A DNA stretch of 44,209 bases from Planctomycetota bacterium (lineage in GTDB: Bacteria; Planctomycetota; Phycisphaerae; Sedimentisphaerales; Anaerohalosphaeraceae): the NCBI GenBank assembly GCA_019456225.1, contig VRUI01000039.1, forward strand, positions 1-44,209. Direction: 5' to 3'. Position numbers and translations under genes: made by a program. Positions 29,701-37,713 of the stretch are shown here, piece after piece. The notes under the pieces were generated by a model. It had not been told where the DNA came from. It searched no databases and saw only the letters and a program-made list of their open reading frames with translations. The stretch's first letter is position 1. The number at the start of each line of letters is the position of its first letter.

Positions 29701-32165
29701 ACCGAATCGCCGATGGCCATCAGCTTATCGATAGTTTCGCGCACCCGCTCGATCATCATATCCGAAGCAAAGTACCCGTTGATCTCGTTAACATCGGTAA
29801 ACCCTTTAACGCGATTACCGATCCCCTTAAGTATCCGCTCGCCCGCCGCCAAAAGCGCCGCCGCCCGCTGATTCCGCTCAGAGACCAGCTGAACCTTCCG
29901 CGACTCGAACGCATTATAAAGCTCCTCACGCTTTTCGGTAAGCTCGACAATAAACTCATCGAAATCGGTAAACCGGCTTTCCAAAGTCTCCAGCTGCACC
30001 ATCGATTTCGTCAGGTACTCAACGCACTTATCCGGCGTATCGCAAATATCCAGGTAGTTTATCACCGACTGATCGATCAATTTTATCTGCGAAGCAAACT
30101 CGGCCTTACCCTCGACGCCTGCAAGGGCCTTGATCTTATTTTTAAGCGTGCTCTTTACCTGGTTAACCTTCGAATACACCAGCGAAATATTATCGATGAT
30201 CGCAACCGTCTCGGTAGCGTCTTCGATCTTCAAATTACTAACGATCTCGGTCAGCATCTCAAGCTCGCCCGCCGTCGCGTCTACCTCTTGCTGCAATTCC
30301 TTACCGGCAGCAACCTTTTCAACCCCATCAATCCGCCCGCCCTGTTCAACAACCTGCTTCATATACGGATCGAGCGATTCGGGCTTTAGCAAAAACTCAA
30401 CGCACAACCCGCTGAGCTTTTCGGTATTTTCGACAACTTCGGTTTCCAGCGATTCGATAAGAGCCTCGTCGGCATACCGAAGATCATGCAAAGAAACAAC
30501 CTGCCCGCGAATCGCCCTTAGCTTGGCTAACTGTCCGACATACTCTCCGATCTCGCCAAGCCGGTTATAATCAACCGAATCGATGATCTGGCGCACCGAC
30601 GTCGAAACTTCCTGTATCTGCTTGCGAGTATTCTCCCTCGTCCGCACGACCTTTTCAAACTCATCGATAGCCGCCGACGCCGCTTCCTTAATATGCACCA
30701 ATGGCTCGGACAATTCAAACGTACCGTCCGTATCAAGCCAGAAATACGAATCGCGAATATCCTCGGCCTTTTTCGTAATATCGATATAAAGATCTGCGTA
30801 CGTCTCTTCCCTGCCAACCAGATTAACAAGCTCCATACACTCGGCCATACACCGCACGATACTCTTATTGCCGATCTTATAAAGCTCGCTGTCATTTTTG
30901 ACCTCGATAGTAAAATCGATCCCATAAAACGGCGTCTTCCAGACCTGGATAACATGGTGCTTCTGGGCCTCGCCGTCGCCGCGGAAGTAAATCAGCGTAC
31001 CGTCTTCAAAGAAAGAATACCCGTTACAAACCACCGGAACAGCCATCTTCTGCTCGATCAGGTTATACGTAAGCAGCACATACACGCCGCTTTGGCGATT
31101 ATAAAAGATATACAGAAAATCCTCACCGTTAGGCGAGCTGATCCGCTTTTCGAAGATCATATCGTGCATATCAGTATCAAACTGCTTCATCTCACCGGTC
31201 TGCAGGTAGTACCCTTTCGGGAACACAAGCCCATGATCTTCCGGCAGAAAAACGCACGCGTCACTGATAGAATCAACCCGGCGCGCCTGCTCAACCTTAC
31301 GGTTATAAACAATGTACCTGAAATTCTTCTCCTGGTAAGGCCGGATCTTAAGCAGCACCAGATTGCCAATTATAGAGTAGTACATCTCCGCGTCGTTAAG
31401 CGTCTGGTCGGCGTCGTCGACGGGCTCGGAGTAAATACCCTCACCGGTTTTCGTATTGTCCTCGATCTTAATGGTAAGGTCCCCGCCGATCGTCTCGACA
31501 AAAACAATATCCTCGATGGACGCATGCGGACTGGTTCCGCTGCGATGCATATCCTGCGTAACCTTTTGCCACTCAAACTCATGCTGCGTCGGAAAAACAT
31601 ATTCATGATCGCTGCGGCTATCGCAATACTCGATGGTATCCTCCCGCATCAGCCACTTAAACGTCTTTATGTCGGTGACACTCTTGCCGATCCTGAAAAC
31701 CATATACAAATACGGTCCGATCATCGCGAATTTAACAAACGTGCTGTGCCTGTAATACCTGTAAAGATTCTTAAAGTCGGCAAGAAACCGCTCGTCATCG
31801 ATCAGCGAAAGCGTATCGGCAACAAACACCCCGTCCTTCCACTTATACACAGAGAACACATCCGAAAGAACAGTCTCGGTGCGAAGCCCGACAAAAACGT
31901 TGTAACCGAAAATGAAATGATGATCCAAAGGAACCATGTCCCGCGGAACGCAGTTATTACCCGTAGAGATACGCTCGCTGGAAACAAGCTTATTCTCGAC
32001 GGCACCAAAGACGTCCTTACGGGCAGCATTAAGCTTATTGAGCCGATCCTGCAAACTCTGACTATGCGTCTGGAGCCGGTTACGAATAACCTCATAGGTC
32101 CCGCCCTCCAAACGAATCTCACCGCCATCAACGCCCTTATCTTTTTTAATATCGTTATCAGCCAT
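26706..32165 (-). CDS. Giant (1819 aa) multidomain protein with an AAA_5 (MoxR/midasin/McrB-like) P-loop ATPase domain and a Lys-rich C-terminal tail
   Basis: Walker A 'LLLISPPGYGKTTLMEYMANRLG'. Walker B 'VMIYVDDIQ'. AAA_5-type sensor region 'VCVVMAGNPYTESGEKFRIPDMLSNRAD'. Long coiled-coil-like central regions. C-terminal KGKKSAKSVKGKKSVKGKKS is encoded by 15/18-nt tandem DNA repeats (about 26757-26810). Confidence 0.75.
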   Translation of the reverse strand: MADNDIKKDKGVDGGEIRLEGGTYEVIRNRLQTHSQSLQDRLNKLNAARKDVFGAVENKLVSSERISTGNNCVPRDMVPLDHHFIFGYNVFVGLRTETVLSDVFSVYKWKDGVFVADTLSLIDDERFLADFKNLYRYYRHSTFVKFAMIGPYLYMVFRIGKSVTDIKTFKWLMREDTIEYCDSRSDHEYVFPTQHEFEWQKVTQDMHRSGTSPHASIEDIVFVETIGGDLTIKIEDNTKTGEGIYSEPVDDADQTLNDAEMYYSIIGNLVLLKIRPYQEKNFRYIVYNRKVEQARRVDSISDACVFLPEDHGLVFPKGYYLQTGEMKQFDTDMHDMIFEKRISSPNGEDFLYIFYNRQSGVYVLLTYNLIEQKMAVPVVCNGYSFFEDGTLIYFRGDGEAQKHHVIQVWKTPFYGIDFTIEVKNDSELYKIGNKSIVRCMAECMELVNLVGREETYADLYIDITKKAEDIRDSYFWLDTDGTFELSEPLVHIKEAASAAIDEFEKVVRTRENTRKQIQEVSTSVRQIIDSVDYNRLGEIGEYVGQLAKLRAIRGQVVSLHDLRYADEALIESLETEVVENTEKLSGLCVEFLLKPESLDPYMKQVVEQGGRIDGVEKVAAGKELQQEVDATAGELEMLTEIVSNLKIEDATETVAIIDNISLVYSKVNQVKSTLKNKIKALAGVEGKAEFASQIKLIDQSVINYLDICDTPDKCVEYLTKSMVQLETLESRFTDFDEFIVELTEKREELYNAFESRKVQLVSERNQRAAALLAAGERILKGIGNRVKGFTDVNEINGYFASDMMIERVRETIDKLMAIGDSVKAEDVKTQLKTLQQNSIRQLKDRLALYEDGDNIIRLGNHKFSVNKQALEGTIVQREDGMYYHLTGTGFFMPIVDEEFLATRDVWDLELVSESKEVYRSEYLAFMMMEAADNGCAELLGLEFDAVVAKVQAFMGPRFDEGYVKGVHDHDAAKILAALVELGSAIGLLRYPSRARALGVVFWDLFEDAAAKELIGARIRGAGDIGRLFTAGSVEAGYVAELAELIWDFVQASGLFDESLVGAAAEYLFRELAGGGDFVASRVAADVVSDFEKHLRQKNFVEGFGASVGAVSADAAGKFRLISQWVVSYLEDNADASLLEYGDEAAALIFGVKDGREVIDESVERALNGLVGSHGSIDGGVLQLNYCHFMTRLLVHAGSVVPKFVGFQKFKKDLVERYADELRLDEFRPRVLSTFVRNKLIDKVYLPLLGDNLAKQIGSADDNKRTDCQGLLLLISPPGYGKTTLMEYMANRLGLIFMKINGPAIGRGVTSFDPGEAPNAAAREEVNKLNLAFEMGDNVMIYVDDIQHTNPEFLQKFISLCDAQRRVEGVYNGKSQTYDLRGKRVCVVMAGNPYTESGEKFRIPDMLSNRADIYNIGDIVGDNYNEFVMSYVENSLTCNPVLEKLAQRSQKDVYAIMKIAETGQQDGVDFEGNYSADEIKEYVSTMKKLNVVREVILKVNTQYIASAGQADEYRTEPPFLLQGSYRNMNRITSKVLPVMNDAELWTLIFSSYEQDSQTLTTGAEANMLKFREMLGKLDDEQLARWDDIKKRFGRNQLLGGDDEDKVGKIIRQLNSFGAGLDSIKEAVSGGMAAMAEKGAGELKIELPEFKFEMPPVKVQLPEMPAAQKSDASADDLKKIGREVLNKITAVIEAVKKQGVELAEHEDKEMSLRSEKDTHMLVSVLEEQFKTMETWLTPVHHEDADRIAYFKQIVDRFETMRNGYGQLVDALKAKYEPLEEKARASGAKGKKSAKSVKGKKSVKGKKSRQISLINKNLEEDD

Positions 32166-32290
32166 CCAACCATTCTCTCAAAAAATATTTAATCAGGGTG
32201 GCACCTTCAAGCGAAGCTTGTGGGTGCTTTCAACGTGCACCCACAAGCCTGCGGCTTGAAGGTGCCACCCAAAATTCATTTTAATTAAAA

Positions 32291-32313
32291 GCCCGAAGCG
32301 CAAGCGCAGGGAT
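32291..32313 (+). promoter_or_regulatory. Conserved intergenic motif, copy 3 of 3
   Basis: AAAAGCCCGAAGCGCAAGCGCAGGGATA. Lies between the giant ATPase gene start and the flotillin gene end, antisense to both. Confidence 0.6.
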
Positions 32314-32442
32314 AAAAACGTCACTCAACCAACAAAACTCACAAATTATCTAAAACGCTTCCTTGTTTTGAACATTTTATTTAGAGCTTTGAATTTGTTT
32401 AGGATTTAGAAATTAGGATTTAGAAATTTTCTTTCCAAAAAA

Positions 32443-32476
32443 AATCCGCGTAATCCGCGTAATCCGCGGATTACGC
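32443..32476. repeat. Left arm of inverted-repeat pair (AATCCGCGTAATCCGCGTAATCCGCGGA, itself containing tandem GCGTAATCC units and an internal palindrome)
   Basis: Its reverse complement occurs at 37686-37713. Adjacent AT-rich DNA (ttagctaatcgcttattgctaattgctaatcgcta) has imperfect inverted similarity to agcaattagccattagct near the right arm. Confidence 0.85.
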
Positions 32477-32522
32477 TTTTGTTTTTGTTTTTAGCTAATC
32501 GCTTATTGCTAATTGCTAATCG

Positions 32523-34532
32523 CTAAACCTTTACATAATCGCTAGCCGGTTCCATAGCGATCCCGCTCTTCTTAACGACGTCGAGCAAACCCTTAAGTAT
32601 GCCCTTTTGGCTGTCGTCGGCATCGCCCATAAGCTTAATGATCAAAGCCGAAACCGAAAGGTTCTTAATATCATCGCTCTTTAGTCCAAACTGCGAAATA
32701 AACTCGCGGATATTCTCTTTCGTTTCTTCGCTGCTGTCACCGATAAGCGTTCCCTTAAGATCGCCAAGCACTTCGCTGTTTTCGACAACCCGGTCAATAG
32801 TCTTGCCCGTAGTGATCGAGTTAACCAGGCGGTTAAAGAAGTTGTTATCGCCGCCGACAATATCGATCCGTGCACTCTTAAGAGCCTCACCGACAATAAT
32901 AGCCTGCTGTTCGGCAATATCCTTATGAACGTTGATCTCGGCAAGCTCGACTTCCAGAGCCTTGTTAAGATTGAGCTTGAACTCTTCATGATCCTTACCG
33001 ACAGCATCGAATATCTTCATCGCTTCGGCCTTATCGCGAATACCGTCAGCCTCTGCGTGATACTTAAGCTCCATAACCTTAGCCTCTGCGGTACCATGTT
33101 TCTCAAGTGCACCGGCCTTAGCCTCTGTAACTTCCGCCTCGGCAACACCGGTGACGGCCTGCTCTTTAACATCCGCAGATGCCAGGGTCTTCTTAGCCTC
33201 TGCGTTCTTAATAGACGCGTCTTCGTTAGCCTTAGCCTCGATAAGCTGCTGATCGGCATAGAACTCCGAAGACTTCTTGGAAGCTTCGGCGGCCTTAATG
33301 TCTTTGACGAGAGCTTCTTCGGCCTTCTCTTCTGCCTTGGTGATAGAAACGCGTTTTTCACGATCGGCACCTGCAAACTGACGAGTGTCCTTGATCTTTT
33401 CCTCTTCTTCGACAACGGTCTTTTCGACCATCACACGTTCGCGGATAGAATCCTGCAGCACTTTCTTCTTATCTTCGACAGCTTTGTCCTTATCGACGCT
33501 TGCGATAGTGACAACCCTGTGACGCTCGACTTCTTCCAGACCGCGATCGCGCTCGACACGCTCTGTCTCGACCGCGTCGGTCCGTTCCTTGTTCTTAGCC
33601 GCCACGATGATCGAACGCATTTTATTTTCTTCCGAAACTGCGATATCTTCATCAGATATAATCCTGGCCTTTTCAGCTTTGAGACGTTGTTCTTCCTCAA
33701 CCTTTTTGGTCTCTGCCTCTTCACGAGCCTGGATAGTGGCGATCTCACGTTTCTGTTTCGCCTCGGCTTCGGCAAGCTGTTTGTTAAGCTCCAGGATAGC
33801 CTCCTGTGCCTCAACATTCTGCTGCGTGATAGTCATATCTTTTTCACGCTCACGCTCGTTAGCCTGTTCATACTGCTCAGCCGTAAGCACGGTAATCTTC
33901 TTGATACCCTCGGCATCGAGAATGTTATCCGGGCTAAGCAGTTTCTTGTCAGTCTGCTCAAGGTAGTCGATCGCCGCGTCCTCAAGCACATAACCGTTAA
34001 GGTCGGTACCGATGATATCGAGGATCTGTTCCTTGAATTTCACGCGAGAAACATAAAGCTCGGCAAAATCAAACCGCTTACCGACACTCTTTAGAGCCTC
34101 GGAAAACTTAGCGTCAAAAAGATCGTAAAGAGCCTGCTCGTTCGATGCACGTACGCAACCCAACGCCTGGGCAACCTTCTTAACGTCATCGACGGTATGA
34201 TTAACCTTTACAAAGAACGCAACCTTGATATCGGCACGAAGATTATCCTTACAGATAAGCCCTTGCGAGCCATGCCGGTCGATCTCGATACGCTTAACCG
34301 AGATATCCATAAACTCGACCTTGTGAAGGATCGGGATAACTATCTTACCCGAAAAATTCACCTTCGTCCCGCCGGCACCGTTACGGATCAGAGCTTCGCC
34401 CTGAGAAACCTTTCGGTAGCACTTGACAAGAAGGGCAAGAACACCCACAGCGCCAAATATAACCGCTCCAATAACGATCTTGCCAACATTACCTTCCAGA
34501 CCTGCCAACATTCCATACATAGTTTCAATCAT
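32523..34532 (-). CDS. Flotillin-like SPFH/band-7 protein (YqiK/FloT type) with long E/K/A-rich coiled-coil C-terminus
   Basis: N-terminal TM helix then SPFH domain (IRNGAGGTKVNFSGKIVIPILHKVEFMDISVKRIEI...). Then about 350 aa of EA-repeat coiled coil. The maximal ORF starts at 34607 (MKDSG...). The ATG at 34532 (MIETMYG...) has a GGAG RBS 9 nt upstream and is the more likely start. Confidence 0.85.
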   Translation of the reverse strand: MIETMYGMLAGLEGNVGKIVIGAVIFGAVGVLALLVKCYRKVSQGEALIRNGAGGTKVNFSGKIVIPILHKVEFMDISVKRIEIDRHGSQGLICKDNLRADIKVAFFVKVNHTVDDVKKVAQALGCVRASNEQALYDLFDAKFSEALKSVGKRFDFAELYVSRVKFKEQILDIIGTDLNGYVLEDAAIDYLEQTDKKLLSPDNILDAEGIKKITVLTAEQYEQANEREREKDMTITQQNVEAQEAILELNKQLAEAEAKQKREIATIQAREEAETKKVEEEQRLKAEKARIISDEDIAVSEENKMRSIIVAAKNKERTDAVETERVERDRGLEEVERHRVVTIASVDKDKAVEDKKKVLQDSIRERVMVEKTVVEEEEKIKDTRQFAGADREKRVSITKAEEKAEEALVKDIKAAEASKKSSEFYADQQLIEAKANEDASIKNAEAKKTLASADVKEQAVTGVAEAEVTEAKAGALEKHGTAEAKVMELKYHAEADGIRDKAEAMKIFDAVGKDHEEFKLNLNKALEVELAEINVHKDIAEQQAIIVGEALKSARIDIVGGDNNFFNRLVNSITTGKTIDRVVENSEVLGDLKGTLIGDSSEETKENIREFISQFGLKSDDIKNLSVSALIIKLMGDADDSQKGILKGLLDVVKKSGIAMEPASDYVKV

Positions 34533-34631
34533 GATCACTTTCTCCAAACAAATATTTTGTAGTTTTTTTCCTGTAAATTCGCTTCGGGCAAGGCCCGAAT
34601 CCTTCATTATACATTAGACAATAATCATTAT

Positions 34632-35324
34632 TCATTTCAAGTCAACCGGTGCAATAGTATACACCCCATTCTCCGCATTTTTACCGATGACCAAGGCTTC
34701 GTCTCCCTTATGGAAAACATTATCACCTTCAGCCACCACGTTAATTAATATCGGAGTGCCTTTCGAGGACATCTCCGCCTGACCCATCTTCTGCGATACT
34801 TGAGTAGTTGTAACCGTGCAAATCCTTCCCATCACAGGACGGGGGGCATTTGCGTCTTTATTTAAAGCTCCAAACATTTTTTTAAACGGCATAATAAACA
34901 CCTTACATACCAATAAACTGACAACCAGGTTACCGGCCAGCAGCGGCAAACTCAAAATCACCGAACCTGTCGGATTGAGCCTGTAGTTAGCGATGACCGA
35001 TATCGCCCACATACACAAAATTAACATGCTGATGAGTATCATGATCGGAACTTCGCCGATATAGAAAAACTCAAGCACTCCGCGGCCAATCCCGTCACCG
35101 CCAACATCACCGTCGACATCGCCGTCAACATCGCCGTCAACGTCAAAATCAAAATCACCGTCAATGTCAATATCAATATCGGCGTCGGCATCGAACTCGA
35201 TATTAAAAAGATCAGCATCGAGCGCACCGAAAATAACCATCAGCCAGTACAGAAACACAACGATCAAGAGAATCGACAACACAAAGTTAGGAGCCGAAAA
35301 CGCCTCATAAACAAGTTCCATCAT
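34632..35324 (-). CDS. NfeD/YqiJ-like membrane protein (flotillin-associated) with acidic D-x repeat tract and C-terminal OB-fold-like domain
   Basis: Two TM regions flank 'DADADIDIDIDGDFDFDVDGDVDGDVDGDVGGDG'. The C-terminal 'GRICTVTTTQV...GTPILINVVAEGDNVFHKGDEALVIGKNAENGVYTIAPV' resembles the NfeD short-form beta-barrel. Sits immediately upstream of flotillin, as in E. coli yqiJ-yqiK. Confidence 0.65.
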   Translation of the reverse strand: MMELVYEAFSAPNFVLSILLIVVFLYWLMVIFGALDADLFNIEFDADADIDIDIDGDFDFDVDGDVDGDVDGDVGGDGIGRGVLEFFYIGEVPIMILISMLILCMWAISVIANYRLNPTGSVILSLPLLAGNLVVSLLVCKVFIMPFKKMFGALNKDANAPRPVMGRICTVTTTQVSQKMGQAEMSSKGTPILINVVAEGDNVFHKGDEALVIGKNAENGVYTIAPVDLK

Positions 35325-35481
35325 AATAATTCCCTTTCCCGTAGTGTGGGCTTCCAGCCCACAACTAAAATAGCATCCGCCGAAGGCGGTTTCCTTATTT
35401 TATTCTTTTAAAAATCTTTACTCTTTTCTTCATGCCCTTCATACTCCTTCATGCCCTTCATGGTAAAAAACACGCTAAAAA

Positions 35482-36147
35482 TCAACCATCGAGCTCAGCA
35501 CGAAGCGCCTCAAGCTCAGCATCGACCTGCATCTGCCGGCTGTGCTCGGCAAGCTCTAAGTCGCTAAGACTGTCGCCGCGAATTTCCTGGTTGATCTCAA
35601 CCTGCGCTTCGCTCTGCAGAACATCTTCTTCCAGCCGGTCAAACGAAACACCTTCCGGCGAAAGCGAAGTTGCTTTATCGAACTTCTCGTCGAATGCCTT
35701 CTGCGCATCTGCTGCACGCTTTCGGGCGACGAGATCATGATGCTTTAGCTTTGCAGCCTTTAGCTGATCCTGAAGCTTTATAATATTAGCCCGAAGCATC
35801 TCATAGCTCTTGCGGCCCTTCTCGACGCCCGGCTGCATCTGGGCGATGCGCTCGGCAAGTTTTACCTTCTCGGTAAGTGCCGCCCTTGCAGCCGCTTCGT
35901 CGCCTGCTTTTAGAGCGGTTTGCGCCTTTACAAGGAGTCCGGCAAGCTGGTTCTCCAAAGCCTCAAGCTCGTTTTCCAGCCGCCGAAAAGTTGCCCCATA
36001 CGACGCTGCGCTTTCGCGGCCTTCGTGTATGGTTTCTTCGAGTTCTTTGATCTTATTGTCCAGCTCGTTCTCGGCTGGCTCGGCCATATCCAAAAGCCAG
36101 TTAATATTGGCCTTGGCGATACGCCGTACTCTATCAAATATAGACAT
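35482..36147 (-). CDS. pspA: PspA/IM30/Vipp1-family protein (paralog 2)
   Basis: N-terminus 'MSIFDRVRRIAKANINWLLDMAEPAENEL' matches the PspA signature ([25 protein letters not shown]...). Coiled-coil remainder. 221 aa. Confidence 0.85.
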   Translation of the reverse strand: MSIFDRVRRIAKANINWLLDMAEPAENELDNKIKELEETIHEGRESAASYGATFRRLENELEALENQLAGLLVKAQTALKAGDEAAARAALTEKVKLAERIAQMQPGVEKGRKSYEMLRANIIKLQDQLKAAKLKHHDLVARKRAADAQKAFDEKFDKATSLSPEGVSFDRLEEDVLQSEAQVEINQEIRGDSLSDLELAEHSRQMQVDAELEALRAELDG

Positions 36148-36172
36148 GATCGAAATCCTTATTATTTAGATG

Positions 36173-36853
36173 TTAAGAAGCGATTTCCTGACGAATTTTC
36201 TTCAGCCGATCCTCGACCTCGGATTCGTGGCTAAGCTCGTTGAGCTTTCGTTCCAGGGTCGGGCTAGCCGAGTAATCGCCGGCCAGGTTGGCCTGCACCT
36301 CCAACTGCGCCTCGGCCTCTTCGACATTCGATTCCAGCCGTGCAACAGCATCCAAAATACTGTCCGTAGACCCCACAGAACCGCTAACGGTCCGCTGGAT
36401 CTTCTGCTGAGTTTTCGCAACTCTGGCTCTTGTTAGGATCTCATCTTTTTTTGCTGCTAGTTCGTCTAGCTGGGTTTGGATTTTTTTGCGGCTGGCTGTT
36501 GCGTGGTCTAGCGAATCTGTTGCGCAGTCGACGTTTTTCTGTGCGATTTCGAGAGTTTTCTCTACTTCGATCTGAGCTTCTATTGACATTTTTGCTGTTT
36601 CTTCGTCGCCTTTTTTTAGTGCCAGTACTGCGCCGTTGCCGAATCGCTCTACTTTTTCGAGGTGCTTTTCGAGGTCGCGTGACGCTTGTTTCAGGGCGAC
36701 GGTGGCCTTGGCTTCTGCGGAGGTTGCGGCCTTTAACTGGGTCTGCATTTCCTCAATAAGCACGGGGAAAAGGGTTTCGGGGTTTTCGGCTCTGTCGAGG
36801 TAAGTCTCTATCCTGCCGAGAGTTATGCGATGTAATCGTTTAAAGATACCCAT
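36173..36853 (-). CDS. pspA: PspA/IM30/Vipp1-family protein (paralog 1, first gene of cluster)
   Basis: 'MGIFKRLHRITLGRIETYLDRAENPETL'. AAGGAG RBS 6 nt upstream. 226 aa coiled-coil protein. Confidence 0.85.
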   Translation of the reverse strand: MGIFKRLHRITLGRIETYLDRAENPETLFPVLIEEMQTQLKAATSAEAKATVALKQASRDLEKHLEKVERFGNGAVLALKKGDEETAKMSIEAQIEVEKTLEIAQKNVDCATDSLDHATASRKKIQTQLDELAAKKDEILTRARVAKTQQKIQRTVSGSVGSTDSILDAVARLESNVEEAEAQLEVQANLAGDYSASPTLERKLNELSHESEVEDRLKKIRQEIAS

Positions 36854-36875
36854 GTTTTACTCCTTCTTGTTAGGC

Positions 36876-36893
36876 TTGCGGAACGTTCCGCAA
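36876..36893. promoter_or_regulatory. Perfect 18-bp palindrome TTGCGGAACGTTCCGCAA in the leader of the first pspA paralog
   Basis: Read directly. Located 23-40 nt upstream of the pspA ATG, between the promoter region and the RBS. Dyad symmetry is typical of a dimeric regulator operator. Confidence 0.4.
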
Positions 36894-37685
36894 TGACCGA
36901 TGAGAACCGATTTATCGGTCTGTTCATCATTGTAGTGCCTCGCTTATTCCTATCCCCATAGACAGGTCGAAACACATCCGGAATACGACTTATCATAACC
37001 TTCAGGTCCGATAAGTCAAGCATAAAATATATTCGGCGTCTACAAATTTTGCCTCAATATTCAGCTATTATACTGACGACTGACGAATCAATTAGTTACA
37101 AAAAATTTACAAATTGAAGAAAAAAAGGGTGTGTTCAGGACATTGTCGACATTTCCCACCTGTGGTTTTGGGCGTTTTTTTTGCATTTTTTTTGACATTA
37201 ATTGACAAAAAACGAGAAAAAAACAGATATTTTGAATTATTTGAAGAAAAATGGCGCGTTTTTGAACGTTTTTTGACCCCTAATTCAGAGGACTAATAAA
37301 TTCTTGATACCCATTATACCTATAAGTAGGTGTAAGATGAACGGTCGGATTTGGGGTTGTTTTGCTTGCGTTTTTTCACCACCAAGACACGAAGGCACTA
37401 AGGGACACGAAGAAATTTCAGGCTTAGATTTGAACTTTGGAACTGAGGCAAAAGACAATAAGAGTAGGGAATCAAATAAATAGATTAGCAGGGTGGGGTC
37501 TGGATTTATTATTGATTAGTTATTATTTATTATTGAGGGGTTTTATTCTTTACATTTTATAGTATTCTGGTAATTTGGAAAACAGCAAACAGCAAACAGC
37601 AAATAGCAGACAGCAGACAGCAATTAGCCATTAGCTATTTTTTGCTGATTGCTGTTGATTGGGAATTTGGAAGTGAAAGAATTTA

Positions 37686-37713
37686 TCCGCGGATTACGCG
37701 GATTACGCGGATT
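37686..37713. repeat. Right arm of inverted-repeat pair (TCCGCGGATTACGCGGATTACGCGGATT)
   Basis: Exact reverse complement of 32443-32470. Lies in a 1.5-kb non-coding, repeat-rich region. Confidence 0.85.

Noticed and set aside
28620-34094. Long antisense ORFs (28620..30389 +, 30693..32192 +, 32925..34094 +) inside the giant ATPase and flotillin genes
   Set aside because: These are low-complexity, Arg/Leu/Pro-rich translations typical of the reverse strand of coiled-coil, GC-biased coding sequence. The sense-strand proteins have clear domain signatures.
36854-37100. Possible sigma-54 (-24/-12) promoter upstream of pspA, by analogy with E. coli pspA
   Set aside because: No match to the TGGCAC-N5-TTGC consensus was found by eye on either strand. 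The 18-bp palindrome TTGCGGAACGTTCCGCAA superficially resembles it but the spacing and bases do not fit.
37114-37296. 60-aa ORF in the long non-coding region
   Set aside because: It has no RBS, lies across reiterated AT-rich motifs, and has a lysine/phenylalanine-rich low-complexity product.
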